Source: Verrucomicrobiota bacterium (lineage in GTDB: Bacteria; Verrucomicrobiota; Verrucomicrobiia; Limisphaerales; SXQI01). From it: a DNA stretch of 28,571 bases. Made by a program: the position numbers and the translations under genes. Positions 7,192-17,600 of this stretch are shown here, in pieces. The notes beneath the pieces were generated by a model. The model made no database searches. It saw only the letters and a program-made list of their open reading frames with translations, and was not told where the DNA came from. The stretch is from assembly GCA_033762115.1 (NCBI GenBank), contig JANRLX010000057.1:1-28571 (forward strand). The letters are read 5' to 3'. Position 1 is the first letter of the stretch. Every line of letters begins with the position of its first letter.

Positions 7192-8892
7192 ATGAGTAAT
7201 GCCCTTTCAGAGCCCGGATTATCTGCTGGTGAAGCGGGCGTCTCCAAACCGATTACGACACGGTACTTTGCCCTGGATGCAGTGCGCGCGGTTGCCATGT
7301 TGCTTGGAGTGGTTTATCACGCCATTTTATTTGGCGGTGGGATGATGGGAACGTTTGGGGGAGGGAAGGAGGACTTTACCACAGGGTTGATGAGTTGGAT
7401 TCACTCATTTCGAATGCCGCTTTTTTTTCTTATTTCAGGATTCTTCAGCCACCTGATTCTGGTTCGATACGGGGTCAAAGCTTATCTGCTGAAACGGTGG
7501 TGGCGGATTGGAATGCCTTTTCTGATTGCGCTGTTTGTTTTGGCGGGAATTCGGGGGATGAGGTCGCAGCAAGGCTTTTCCGGGAACGGTCCAATGCCTG
7601 TGCGGGATATGAGGGCTGGCAATGTCCAAACTGCACCGCCAGAGGGAACGGGTCCGCAGATGAGGCCAGGAGGTCCACCGCCCGGAAGTATGTTGATGGG
7701 AGAAGGCGAAATGCCTAAACCGCCTCCTGGTTTTATGCCTCCATTCCTGGCGCAGTTTGATACCGATAAAAACGGTGAATTCAGTGATGCAGAGTGGAAA
7801 GAAGCGCAGCTCAAATTAAAGGAGCAATTCCGCGATAATTCCCGTGTAGCTGGACCGAATGGAAGGGAACCCGTACCAGGAGGATTGCCGCAGCCAATGA
7901 CGCAAGTCCCGTTGGGACCACCCCAAGGGCCAGCTGGTTTTCCAGGTGGAATGCCACGGGATGGAACTCCGCCCATGAACCCGCCTGGAGGAGGCCCGGA
8001 ATTTATCGGGATCGGTTTTCCTGGAGCAGAGGGGCATCCAATTGCAGAGCGAATTTTTGGCAGTTCAGCATCGAATTTTTCCCTGCAGCATCTGTGGTTT
8101 CTTTGGTATTTGATGCTGTTTGCAACGGTCGCGCCATTTGCGGCGAGGTTAATCAAGAGGATTTTCAAGTCAGTTGGAAGGGACAGGTTGAAAGGGTTGG
8201 ACAAAAAGATTTGGTGGGGGGTGTGGCCATTGCTGGTAGCGCTTATTGTGGTTCCGGGCATGTACATTTCGGGAACAGCACCGGGTCAGCCACCTTCTGG
8301 AATGATGACGATCTTTGGAATTTTTCCGGATGTGCTCTTTCGTTTCGACAAGGATTGGGTTTATTTCTTCACGTATTTCATGGTGGGGTGGTGGCTGTTC
8401 ACTCAAGCGAGTCAATTGGAGGCTTTAGCGCGCTGGTGGTTGCCGGTATTTTGTGTTGGCCTGGTGGCGTATTTTATTTCTGAAAAAGCATTTTCTCCAG
8501 TGGCACCTTTTGGTGCCTCGAACGTAGGGACAGCAGAAAAGATTTTCAGGCATTGGTTATTTGCGATGGCCGTTTGTTGTATATCAGCAGGATTTATTGG
8601 TTTTTTTCAGAAATTTCTGAATCGTCCGACCCGAATCACACGTTATCTCGCGGACACAGCATTCTGGATTTACCTGGTTCACCAGGATTTGTTGAATTTC
8701 GTGGTGCTGGATTGGATTCGTCCCTGGGGTCTGCCATCATTTGCCCAAATGCTTGTGGCGACAACGATCACAGTAGGAATTGCACTAATCAGTTTTGAAA
8801 TTTTGGTTCGAAAAACGCCGTTGACGAATTTATTTGGTCCGCCCAAATCAAAAAAAGTTAAAATCCCCAACCCTGTCATTGCGCCCGCTTGA
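7192..8892 (+). CDS. Acyltransferase family 3 (OpgC/MdoC-like) with a large Pro/Gly/Met-rich insertion carrying an EF-hand-like loop
   Basis: LDAVRAVAMLLGVVYH, IHSFRMPLFFLISGFF, HLWFLWYL, YLADTAFWIYLVH; insertion contains DTDKNGEFSDAE. First ATG is 7192; the track uses TTG 7171. Confidence 0.85.
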   Translation: MSNALSEPGLSAGEAGVSKPITTRYFALDAVRAVAMLLGVVYHAILFGGGMMGTFGGGKEDFTTGLMSWIHSFRMPLFFLISGFFSHLILVRYGVKAYLLKRWWRIGMPFLIALFVLAGIRGMRSQQGFSGNGPMPVRDMRAGNVQTAPPEGTGPQMRPGGPPPGSMLMGEGEMPKPPPGFMPPFLAQFDTDKNGEFSDAEWKEAQLKLKEQFRDNSRVAGPNGREPVPGGLPQPMTQVPLGPPQGPAGFPGGMPRDGTPPMNPPGGGPEFIGIGFPGAEGHPIAERIFGSSASNFSLQHLWFLWYLMLFATVAPFAARLIKRIFKSVGRDRLKGLDKKIWWGVWPLLVALIVVPGMYISGTAPGQPPSGMMTIFGIFPDVLFRFDKDWVYFFTYFMVGWWLFTQASQLEALARWWLPVFCVGLVAYFISEKAFSPVAPFGASNVGTAEKIFRHWLFAMAVCCISAGFIGFFQKFLNRPTRITRYLADTAFWIYLVHQDLLNFVVLDWIRPWGLPSFAQMLVATTITVGIALISFEILVRKTPLTNLFGPPKSKKVKIPNPVIAPA

Positions 8893-10282
8893 ATTGAATC
8901 AAGGCAGTCTGGGCAGCGGGGATGGAAAAACTCCAGGGATGTTTTCGGTCCTTTGTGCCAGCGAGCGACTGCTCCGTTCCGGAGAGCCAAAACGCTGTGG
9001 CTGAAAATTGGGGTGAGCCGGGAATACCTTCAACGATGACAGGAAGCGCGTTTGTGCCGTTGTTCCCAACCAGCAGTGCCAGCACTTGATTATCCTTCGA
9101 TTTGCCGGCAAGGGCAAACAAAGCGTCGGCATTTTCAGAGAGATCAATCGTATCTGGGGTCTCGGTGAGAAAGCGGTTGAACGAGAAAAAAGCATTAAAG
9201 ACGGGAGTGCGGACTCCATGCTCAGTGAAGAGGCCAAACCCTCCGAGTTCACCGTGAAAAAAGTTTGCGATATCCACGGGGGCATCCTGCAATCCTGTAA
9301 GAGTCGCGAGCGCGAAAGTTGCGGCTTTTGAGCCGGACATTTCCCGGTAAAAGCGTTCCCGTTGCTCTGCGGAGGCGTTTTTCATCAACCCTGACCAATT
9401 GTTATTTGGCAGGTAATTCCATTCATTCAGGTGACTCTCGGTTTTGGTGAAGCCTCGGGAATCAAGCGCCTGTCGAATTGCCTTGGCGCGATGAAGAAAG
9501 TCCTGCGAATTATCGGTGTAGCAATGCCAGGAAAAGAAATCGAGCGGCAGTTTTTCGGACGCACAAAAATCGAGAAACAAGGTCATGAAAGGTGCTGGGA
9601 CCAATTGGTTGCCGTTGAGGGAACCGGAATTCCCAAGGCCGGGCCCGCCAATTTTGAGGTGAGGGAATCGCGTTTTCAACAGACGGGCGGTGACTGAGTA
9701 CAACTGGAGAAATTGCTGATCAGTTCCGGTCCACATGGCTGGCCGATTATCAGGTTCATTCCAGATTTCCCAATATTGAATGCCATAGTGATGTCCGCCA
9801 GCCCAACCTTGGTTATAGTGACGCACGATGTGGGCGCAGATTTCAGCCCACTTTTGAGCGTCCTGCGGCGGGTGAACAAAGCGTTTTATGGATGTATGCT
9901 CGATGCTTTCACCCAGCCGAAAAACAATACTGGCACCGCTTTGGATGACAGCGGAAATATACTCATCCGTGAGACGAAAGTCGTAGCTGGATTCCTTTAA
10001 GGGATCGGCTGTGGGATCCGGAAAAATGGTATGAATATCCACCACATCCGGATTTGGCCAGTGACAGTCGTGGAGGCGAGTGAAAGGAATTCCCAGTGTT
10101 CGATGTTCAGCAGTCAGATCAATGAGTCCACCTGAGGCGAGCGGGCCTTTGTTAACGCCATGAAGCGGTTTGAAGATTCCTTTACTGGTGTTGGTATCCA
10201 CTCGTAGCAGAACGGGGGATGCGGCAATGGCAATGCTGCCGCCGAGGAGGAGCAGGCAGGTCGATTGAAGCAACCGAGTCAT
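8876..10282 (-). CDS. Secreted clan GH-A glycoside hydrolase, GH39-like
   Basis: Signal peptide; TRLHD; YWEIWNEPD (acid/base Glu); LKIGGP; PLDFFSWHCY; HLNEWN (nucleophile Glu). Confidence 0.82.
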   Translation of the reverse strand: MTRLLQSTCLLLLGGSIAIAASPVLLRVDTNTSKGIFKPLHGVNKGPLASGGLIDLTAEHRTLGIPFTRLHDCHWPNPDVVDIHTIFPDPTADPLKESSYDFRLTDEYISAVIQSGASIVFRLGESIEHTSIKRFVHPPQDAQKWAEICAHIVRHYNQGWAGGHHYGIQYWEIWNEPDNRPAMWTGTDQQFLQLYSVTARLLKTRFPHLKIGGPGLGNSGSLNGNQLVPAPFMTLFLDFCASEKLPLDFFSWHCYTDNSQDFLHRAKAIRQALDSRGFTKTESHLNEWNYLPNNNWSGLMKNASAEQRERFYREMSGSKAATFALATLTGLQDAPVDIANFFHGELGGFGLFTEHGVRTPVFNAFFSFNRFLTETPDTIDLSENADALFALAGKSKDNQVLALLVGNNGTNALPVIVEGIPGSPQFSATAFWLSGTEQSLAGTKDRKHPWSFSIPAAQTALIQFKRAQ

Positions 10283-11142
10283 TGAGATGCCTGGCGGGGG
10301 AGGAAATCGTTTTCTTCGAGCCAGAAACGGCAGTCGCGAGTCCAGGGATGGGACGCGTTCTTACCCAGGCCAATGCCGTGACCACCTTTTTGATAGATGT
10401 GAAGATCGTATGGGACACGGGCCCGTTGCAGGGCGGTAGCAAATTCAAGGGCATTTTCCACTTTTACTGCTGTATCCTCCCATGTGTGCCAAATAAAACA
10501 GGGGGGAGTGTTGGAAGTGACCTGGAGTTCATTTGAGAGCATTTTGATCAGCTCAGGCGAAGGTTCGTTGCCGAGCAGATTTCTTCTGGAACCCAGATGG
10601 GTGATATCTCCCATTGAAATGACTGGATAACAGAGAATCCCAAAATTGGGACGGCTACTCTGTCTTTCGATCAGATCGGGACTTTGTTGGATGCCGGAAT
10701 CGAAATGGGTCAACAGAGTGGAAGCAAGATGGCCTCCGGCGGAAGAACCGATTACTCCGATTTTATCCACGTGAATTTTCCATTCGGCTGCGCGGGAACG
10801 GACCAAACGAACAGAGCGCGCAGCATCCTGCAGCATGGCTGGATGACGATAGCCATGTGAGCCAAGGCGATATTTAACGACAAAAGCAGCCATCCCCCTG
10901 GCCACAAACCAATCAGCATAGCCCTTGCCTTCGTGTGCCGCCAAACCTCCATAACCTCCACCAGGAAAGATCACAATCGCAGAGCCGTTGGCAATGGCAC
11001 TGTCCGGCAGGTAGGGTGTAATGGTCGGGATATCGTTAGGCTCCTTTCCCAAGGCACCGGGCGCGGCCTCCGGCCACAAAGGCAGCGGTTCTGAGGCCGA
11101 AGCCAGAATTGTAAACAGGAGAAGGGCCAGGAAGTTTTTCAT
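10279..11142 (-). CDS. Secreted alpha/beta hydrolase (BD-FAE-like carbohydrate esterase)
   Basis: FPGGGY oxyanion motif, GSSAGG nucleophile elbow, EDTAV Asp, GGHGIG His. Signal peptide from MKNFLALLL (11142). 4-nt ATGA overlap with the GH gene. Confidence 0.88.
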   Translation of the reverse strand: MKNFLALLLFTILASASEPLPLWPEAAPGALGKEPNDIPTITPYLPDSAIANGSAIVIFPGGGYGGLAAHEGKGYADWFVARGMAAFVVKYRLGSHGYRHPAMLQDAARSVRLVRSRAAEWKIHVDKIGVIGSSAGGHLASTLLTHFDSGIQQSPDLIERQSSRPNFGILCYPVISMGDITHLGSRRNLLGNEPSPELIKMLSNELQVTSNTPPCFIWHTWEDTAVKVENALEFATALQRARVPYDLHIYQKGGHGIGLGKNASHPWTRDCRFWLEENDFLPRQASQ

Positions 11143-11260
11143 GAATTTATGGAAACTGTGATAACAGCATTTGGCAAATGAGCCAAGCAGATGGTGTAGC
11201 AAGGATTATTCTCCTGACAGGGGCGGAAAAATGAGCATGATGCCGGGGAACCAACGACTC

Positions 11261-12124
11261 ATGAAAACATTATTATTGGGTTTGATGTGCAGCGCCGTAA
11301 TTTCATTTGCGGCGGAGCGAAACGAGATTTTGCTTTGGCCCAAAGGCGCACCGGGATCTGAAGGGAAAACGCAGCCGGAAGTTGTCCAGGTCTCAGACAA
11401 CGGGGAGGAGCGGGTTTACCAGGTGCATAAACCAAGCATTACTCCTTACTTGCCATCAGCAGAAAAGAACACAGGCACGGCGGTGCTGGTGATTCCAGGC
11501 GGGGGGCACCGGGTCCTGGTCATGACTCATGAAGGTTATAATGTGGGCAAATGGTTGAGCGACCGGGGGATTGCAGCATTTGTGCTGAAGCACCGGCTGG
11601 CGCGGGAAACCAACTCGACCTACAAAATTGAGGTTGAAGCATTGCAGGACACTCAAAGGGCGATCCGTTTGATTCGGAGCCGGGCAAAAGAGTGGGGAAT
11701 TGATCCAGAGAAACTGGGGGTCATGGGATTTTCGGCAGGCGGTGAATTGGCATCCTTCGCTAGCCTGCGTTTTGATTCAGGAAAAGTGGATTCTCAGGAC
11801 CCAATCGAGCGGGAGCAATCAAAACCGGCATTCCAGGCGCTCATCTATCCTGGTCGCTCAGACCTGATCGTGCCAACAAAAGATTCGCCACCTGCATTTC
11901 TCGCAGCGGGGTTCAAGGATCGAAAGGATATTTCAGAAGGTTTGGCAGAGGTTTATCTGCGATTTAAACGAGCTGGAGTGCCGGCTGACCTGCACATCTA
12001 TGCCGGTGCCCCGCACGGTTTCGGGTTGAGGGTGACTGACCGATCACCAGCGGGAGCATGGCCGGAACGATTTGTGGAATGGCTTGCGGACCAAAAAATT
12101 CTTCAGTCGGGCAGGTTTGACTGA
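11261..12124 (+). CDS. Secreted alpha/beta hydrolase, paralogue of the divergent esterase
   Basis: IPGGGH, GFSAGG, FKD, PHGFG; signal peptide MKTLLLGLMCSAVISFAA from 11261. Confidence 0.88.
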   Translation: MKTLLLGLMCSAVISFAAERNEILLWPKGAPGSEGKTQPEVVQVSDNGEERVYQVHKPSITPYLPSAEKNTGTAVLVIPGGGHRVLVMTHEGYNVGKWLSDRGIAAFVLKHRLARETNSTYKIEVEALQDTQRAIRLIRSRAKEWGIDPEKLGVMGFSAGGELASFASLRFDSGKVDSQDPIEREQSKPAFQALIYPGRSDLIVPTKDSPPAFLAAGFKDRKDISEGLAEVYLRFKRAGVPADLHIYAGAPHGFGLRVTDRSPAGAWPERFVEWLADQKILQSGRFD

Positions 12125-12180
12125 GGCCGGGATAACGGGTTGATTCAGCCTAGACGCTGAAGGAGAGGGTGCTAACATAA

Positions 12181-13428
12181 ATGCTTATGTTGACCGAAGC
12201 GGGTCCCGCTCCCATGAACCCTAAAAAGATCAATTTACGCCGTCCTGACATTATGTCAGCGGTGCAGGCGCAAGTCCTTTCCCATTATCGTAGTGAACTG
12301 GTTGACAAAATTCGGGCGAACGGAAACGTGCTTTCGGCCAAAGGGATTCTGACCGTCAAATTGGCGAAGGAATTTGGCTTTTGCTATGGGGTGGAACGGG
12401 CGATTGACCTTGCTTATGCGGCGAGGAAGGCCTTTCCACAGCAGCCGATTTATATTTTGGGGGAAATCATTCACAATCCGGAAGTAAACGACCAGATTCG
12501 CGCAATGGGGATTAAATCGCTCTCCGGGAAGGAAAAGAATGCGGATATAGAAGATTTGAAGGCAGACGATGTCGTGATTATTCCGGCCTTTGGCACGGAG
12601 GTGGCGACCCGGGCAAAGTTGGAGGCCAAAGGATGTGTATTCGTGGACACAACCTGCGGAGATGTCATGAGCGTGTGGAAGCGGGTCCGCCAATATACAC
12701 GTGAAGGGGTCACCAGCATCATTCATGGAAAAGCCTGGCATGAAGAGACAAAAGCCACTTCATCACAAGCGACTGCGACTGGTCCCGGCCATTACCTGGT
12801 GGTGTTTAATCTGGAAGAAACTGACTACGTTTGCAGTTACATCGTCAATGGCGGGAACAAGGAGGAGTTTCTCGCCAAATTCAAGGGGGCCTGTTCTGCG
12901 GGATTTGACCCGGACCAGCATTTGATTGCGATTGGAGTGGCGAACCAAACAACGATGTTGCGGGGTGAGACGGAAGAGGTGCAACGCCGATTGAAGCGGG
13001 CCATGGAATTGAAATTTGGCAGCGGTGCAGTGGACCAGCATTTCCGGTTTTTCGATACCATTTGCGGGGCGACCCAGGACCGGCAGGATGCTTTGGAAAA
13101 ATTGCTGGCTGAACCTTTGGATTTGCTGGTGGTGGTAGGAGGATATAACTCTTCCAACACATCGCACCTGGCAGAGATGGGGGAGGCGAAATTGCCGACC
13201 TATTTTATCAAAAATGCGGCGAAGATGACTTCTGACAAGAGCATTATTCATTACGACTTGCATCAGCAGAAGGAAATCGACACTGCCAATTGGCTTCCCC
13301 CTGGGGAGATCACGGTGGGAATCACCGCTGGCGCCTCCTGCCCGAACAATTTGATCGAGGACACGATCCGGCGGTTATTTGAATTGAAAGGGGTTTCCGT
13401 TAAGGAGCTCCTGCCATCCGGCCTGTAA
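12181..13428 (+). CDS. ispH: 4-hydroxy-3-methylbut-2-enyl diphosphate reductase
   Basis: FGFCYGVERA, EIIHNPEV, DTTC, NQTT, DTICGATQDRQ, GGYNSSNT, GITAGASCP; all three Fe-S Cys present. Start may be 12187. Confidence 0.97.
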   Translation: MLMLTEAGPAPMNPKKINLRRPDIMSAVQAQVLSHYRSELVDKIRANGNVLSAKGILTVKLAKEFGFCYGVERAIDLAYAARKAFPQQPIYILGEIIHNPEVNDQIRAMGIKSLSGKEKNADIEDLKADDVVIIPAFGTEVATRAKLEAKGCVFVDTTCGDVMSVWKRVRQYTREGVTSIIHGKAWHEETKATSSQATATGPGHYLVVFNLEETDYVCSYIVNGGNKEEFLAKFKGACSAGFDPDQHLIAIGVANQTTMLRGETEEVQRRLKRAMELKFGSGAVDQHFRFFDTICGATQDRQDALEKLLAEPLDLLVVVGGYNSSNTSHLAEMGEAKLPTYFIKNAAKMTSDKSIIHYDLHQQKEIDTANWLPPGEITVGITAGASCPNNLIEDTIRRLFELKGVSVKELLPSGL

Positions 13429-13440
13429 TTCTCCTGTCCC

Positions 13441-14625
13441 ATGCCATGTACCCGCGCCGATCTGGAAACCCGAGAACGGCTGGTTCTCGCCCCATATGCT
13501 CAGTTTAGTGCTGAGACGCATGGGCGAAAATATCCTGAATCTCCCCCCGAATGGCGCACCCATTATCAACGCGACCGAGATCGCGTCATCCATTCAAGAG
13601 CATTCCGGCGATTGGAATATAAAACGCAGGTTTTTTTAAATGGAACCGGAGATCATTTAAGGACCCGATTAACGCATACAATTGAGGTTGCGGCGATTTC
13701 ACGAAATATCGCCCGCGCACTGCGGTTGAATGAAGATTTAACTGAAACCATTGCCCTCGCCCATGACCTGGGGCATTCGCCGTTTGGCCACAAAGGGGAA
13801 GCGGTGCTGGATCGCCTGATGAAAGAGCATGGTGGGTTTGAGCATAACAGGCAGAGTTTGCGGATCGTCGAGGAACTCGAGCAAAAATATCCAGATTTTC
13901 CGGGATTAAACCTGACCTGGGAAGTTCGAGAAGGATTGAACAAACATTACACGGGTTATGATCATCCAAGCAAACGGGAAGACTTTGATGCGAAGTCCTC
14001 CTCGCTCGAAGCTCAGGTGGCGAACCTGGCGGATGAGATCGCTTATTATAGTCATGATCTCGACGATGGATTGGAAGAAGGATTGCTGGATGAAGCCATG
14101 CTTGTAAAAGAAGTCCGCATTTGGAATGACGCCACAAAGCTGATCCAGCAGCAATATGGGCAGTTGCCAGATGAATCACGCCGTTATTTTATTATCAGAG
14201 TGTTGATAGATGAGCAGGTGAAAGATGTGGTGCAGACTTCCGAAACATTGATTCACCATGCAGGAATTGGGTCGGCAGATGAAGCGCGTCTCCGGGAATC
14301 TTCTTTGATATCCTACAGTCCTGAACGCCGCGAACGGAATTTGGAGTTGCGCGAATATTTATACAATAACCTCTACTATAATCCACGGGTCCATGAACCC
14401 AATGTTCGCGCGGTTAAAATGCTGGAGGAGTTGTTTATGTATTTTCTCCAGAATCCTGCCGAGTTGGGAGAAGGCCGGGAACGAAAGGCCAGAGAAATTG
14501 GCCGCGAACGTGCCATTTGCGATTACTTGTCCGGAATGACGGACGGTTACGCAATCCAGGAACATCGCCGGATATTTGGCTTAAATCCTGCTAAAAAACG
14601 ATCGGATGTCGAATTGGGGAATTAA
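13441..14625 (+). CDS. dgt: Deoxyguanosinetriphosphate triphosphohydrolase-like HD protein
   Basis: YQRDRDRVIHSRAFRRLEYKTQVF, RTRLTHTIEV, LAHDLGHSPFGH, ADEIAYYSHDLDD, DYLSGMTD. Confidence 0.95.
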   Translation: MPCTRADLETRERLVLAPYAQFSAETHGRKYPESPPEWRTHYQRDRDRVIHSRAFRRLEYKTQVFLNGTGDHLRTRLTHTIEVAAISRNIARALRLNEDLTETIALAHDLGHSPFGHKGEAVLDRLMKEHGGFEHNRQSLRIVEELEQKYPDFPGLNLTWEVREGLNKHYTGYDHPSKREDFDAKSSSLEAQVANLADEIAYYSHDLDDGLEEGLLDEAMLVKEVRIWNDATKLIQQQYGQLPDESRRYFIIRVLIDEQVKDVVQTSETLIHHAGIGSADEARLRESSLISYSPERRERNLELREYLYNNLYYNPRVHEPNVRAVKMLEELFMYFLQNPAELGEGRERKAREIGRERAICDYLSGMTDGYAIQEHRRIFGLNPAKKRSDVELGN

Positions 14626-17600
14626 GGTCGCTGCAATATTTTGTTTTATAGTATCGTGCGGGCTGGCATTAGGAAATTCAGGAAACGTTAATCGTAGTTT
14701 CGCTTTTCCTGATGAGGAGCCTTCAAGGGAGTATTCGTTTATTGATGCTTTCCCGACCCTCTCTTTTAATGAGCCCGTTGCAATTGCAACAATCCCGGGT
14801 GAAACCAATCGACTTTTTGTAGTCGAAAGACAAGGTGTTATCGTTGCGGTTACAAATTTAGCAAACCCTACCACGTCAGTGTTTCTGGATTTGCGGGGGA
14901 AAGTCCATTTGGGCTGGGTGGAATGCGGGTTGTTGGGGTTGGCGTTTCATCCGGGATATGAAACGAATGGATATTTTTTCGTTTTCAAGACTGTTTACCA
15001 GCATGGGTTAAAGGACCAGGTTTCCAGATTTCAAGTTTCTGCAGATAATCCGGGTGCTGCCAATCCGGATTCTGAGACTGTACTCATTGACCAGTACGAT
15101 GAATCTGAACTGCATAACGGGGGAGACTTACATTTCGGGCCGGATGGTTATTTATACATTTCAATCGGCTACGAAGGGCCTGCTCCTGCGGACTTGCCTC
15201 CATTAAAGCAAAGTTTGGAAGTGGGATTATTTGGCGGACTATTTCGGATTGATGTTGATTCGCGACCTGAGAATTTACTCCCAAATCCTCACCCGGCAAA
15301 TAAAGGAAATTACCGAATTCCGAAAGATAATCCTTACTTAAGCTGCACGAATTTTTTGGGGGCTGCAGTCGATCCTGCCAAGGTACGAACTGAATATTTT
15401 GCGTTAGGGTTTAGGAATCCTTGGCGATTTGGAATAGACCCTGAAACGGGTCGAATTTTTACGGGGGATGTTGGTGCGGATTATCAGGAAGAGATCAATG
15501 AAGTTGTTGCAGGAGGGAATTATGGATGGCCATTTATCGAAGGGGATAGTGTTTATGAAAATCCACCCGTGCATGTTGATTTTGTAAGGCCGGTTCTTTC
15601 CTTAAACCATGGTTATGAAGCCTGGGAAGCAGGTGTTGTTATTGGAGGGGTTGTATATCGAGGAACTCTTTATCCAAACCTTGATGGGCATTTTTTATCG
15701 ATAGGTTTTAAAAATGGGCACCTGTGGGCGACTCCTCTGGATAACCCTACACCTGCAGCTGTTCGATTATTGTTGAGTGAGGAAGGGGTGTCGGCCTTTG
15801 GCAGCGATCCGCGAGATGGAAGCGTTCTTGTCACGAAATTCTATGAAGGATCAATCAGAAAATTGGTCTACGTGGGTGGGCCGGGTGACACTTTTATTCC
15901 GCAGACGCTTGAAGCGACCGGACTTTTCACGTCTCTTTCCCCGCTTGTTCCATCTGCTTCGCTGGTCCCTTATTCGATCAATGTTCCGTTTTGGTCAGAT
16001 AACGCAATCAAGGAAAGATGGGTCGCCTTGAATCAGCACTATGAACCTCTTCAATTTGGAACGCAGACATTTAATTTTCCGGAGGGGACTTTATTTTTAA
16101 AGCATTTTGAGCTGGAAAAGAGAACTGGCGATCCAACCAGCAGATTCCCGGTAGAAACACGGGTACTGATTAAAACAACGAACCATGTTTTTGGCTTGTC
16201 TTATAGGTGGAACAGCGATGGAACCACCAAACTAGTGGGTAATGAAGGTGAGGAGGTATTTTTCAACATAGACGATTCTGGAATCATCCGTACACAACGA
16301 TGGCATTTTCCTGGGCGGCAGGAATGCAAGATCTGTCATACCAAAGCAGGAGGTCACGTGCTTGGGTTTAATGCCTACCAGCTAAACTTGAAAATAGGAG
16401 AACTGAATCAATTAAATTTGCTCAGTGATCAAGGGGTGATAACGAATTTACCAACGAACCTTTGGCACATCCCGCACACCGTGCCAGCAACGAATCACAA
16501 TTTTCCTTTGACTGATCGAGCGCGGGCTTACTTTTTTGCCAACTGTTCTCATTGCCACCAACCAGGCGCGCCTTCAAAGATGCTTTGGGACGCCCGATAT
16601 GATATTCCGCTTGAAAGCGCTTCTATCGTAAATGGAATTGTTTCTGGTGCATTCGATGCCAACACCCGCGTAATTGCGCCCCACAGCACTAAAGATTCAA
16701 TGATTCACTTCAGGATAGCCCACAGTGGATCAGCTCGGATGCCGCCTTTCGGGACAGCATTGTTAGACACCGCTGCCATTAAGTTAATAGAAGAATGGAT
16801 CAAAAGTTTTCCGCAAGCACCCTGGACCAATGCAAATATCGGTCCTCCCAAAATTTATGGTAGCTTCCAACAGGTTTCGAATGATTGGGGAATTGCTGGT
16901 TCTGGAATAGGTATTAATCAAACAAGCGATTCCTTGCACTGGATGGCACGGCAGTTCGGTTCAAATGCTCTGATGATTGCTCGCTTCAGGAATTTTAAAT
17001 TATCTCCGACCAATGCTGCCTCGGGGCTTCTTGTCAGGCAAGGGTTTACAAACTCTTCCTCTACAGCTTTAGGTTTGCTTCTGCGTCCAATGGACTATCT
17101 ATCGGCTCGGCGCCTGGAACCTGCTGCAAATGCTCAGATTGTGTCTCATAACTATCCGGATCAGAAACCGGAGTTTTTGAAAATTGTTCGCGAGGGAGGA
17201 CGGCTATCTTCGTTCATTGAGAATTCTGGCTCATGGGAATTGATTGACTCCATGGCTCCACTCAAAACAGAGGAGTATTTTGTAGGGATTGCGACTCACA
17301 GTTCGCATGAAGCGGAGCAAGCATATGCGACATACGATTCCGTAGCTTATGCCTCTTTATCTCTTAAAGCGGCAAGCGCGGAAATTCAGTTGCCGGACAG
17401 TCTGCATCTTCTTTTATCCAGAGAAACAGAAGGGGTTGTATTTACAAAGTATCGGGTTGTTATCGGAACGAATGTCTTACTGCAAAGCAGCGCTCCTGAT
17501 TTATCTCAAATAACAATTAGTAATTTGCCTCCCGGGAGTCACGAGTTAAGAGTGGTAGCTCACGCTGGAAGCTTTTTTAGCCTAACTTCCAACCCGGTAG

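Noticed and set aside
7482..8267. 261-aa antisense Gly/Pro-rich ORF
   Set aside because: Shadow of the CCN/GGN-rich insertion in the acyltransferase; no independent motifs.
13441..14625. dGTPase as an anti-phage defence gene
   Set aside because: Looks like the ordinary short Dgt, sits 12 nt behind ispH and has no defence-island context.
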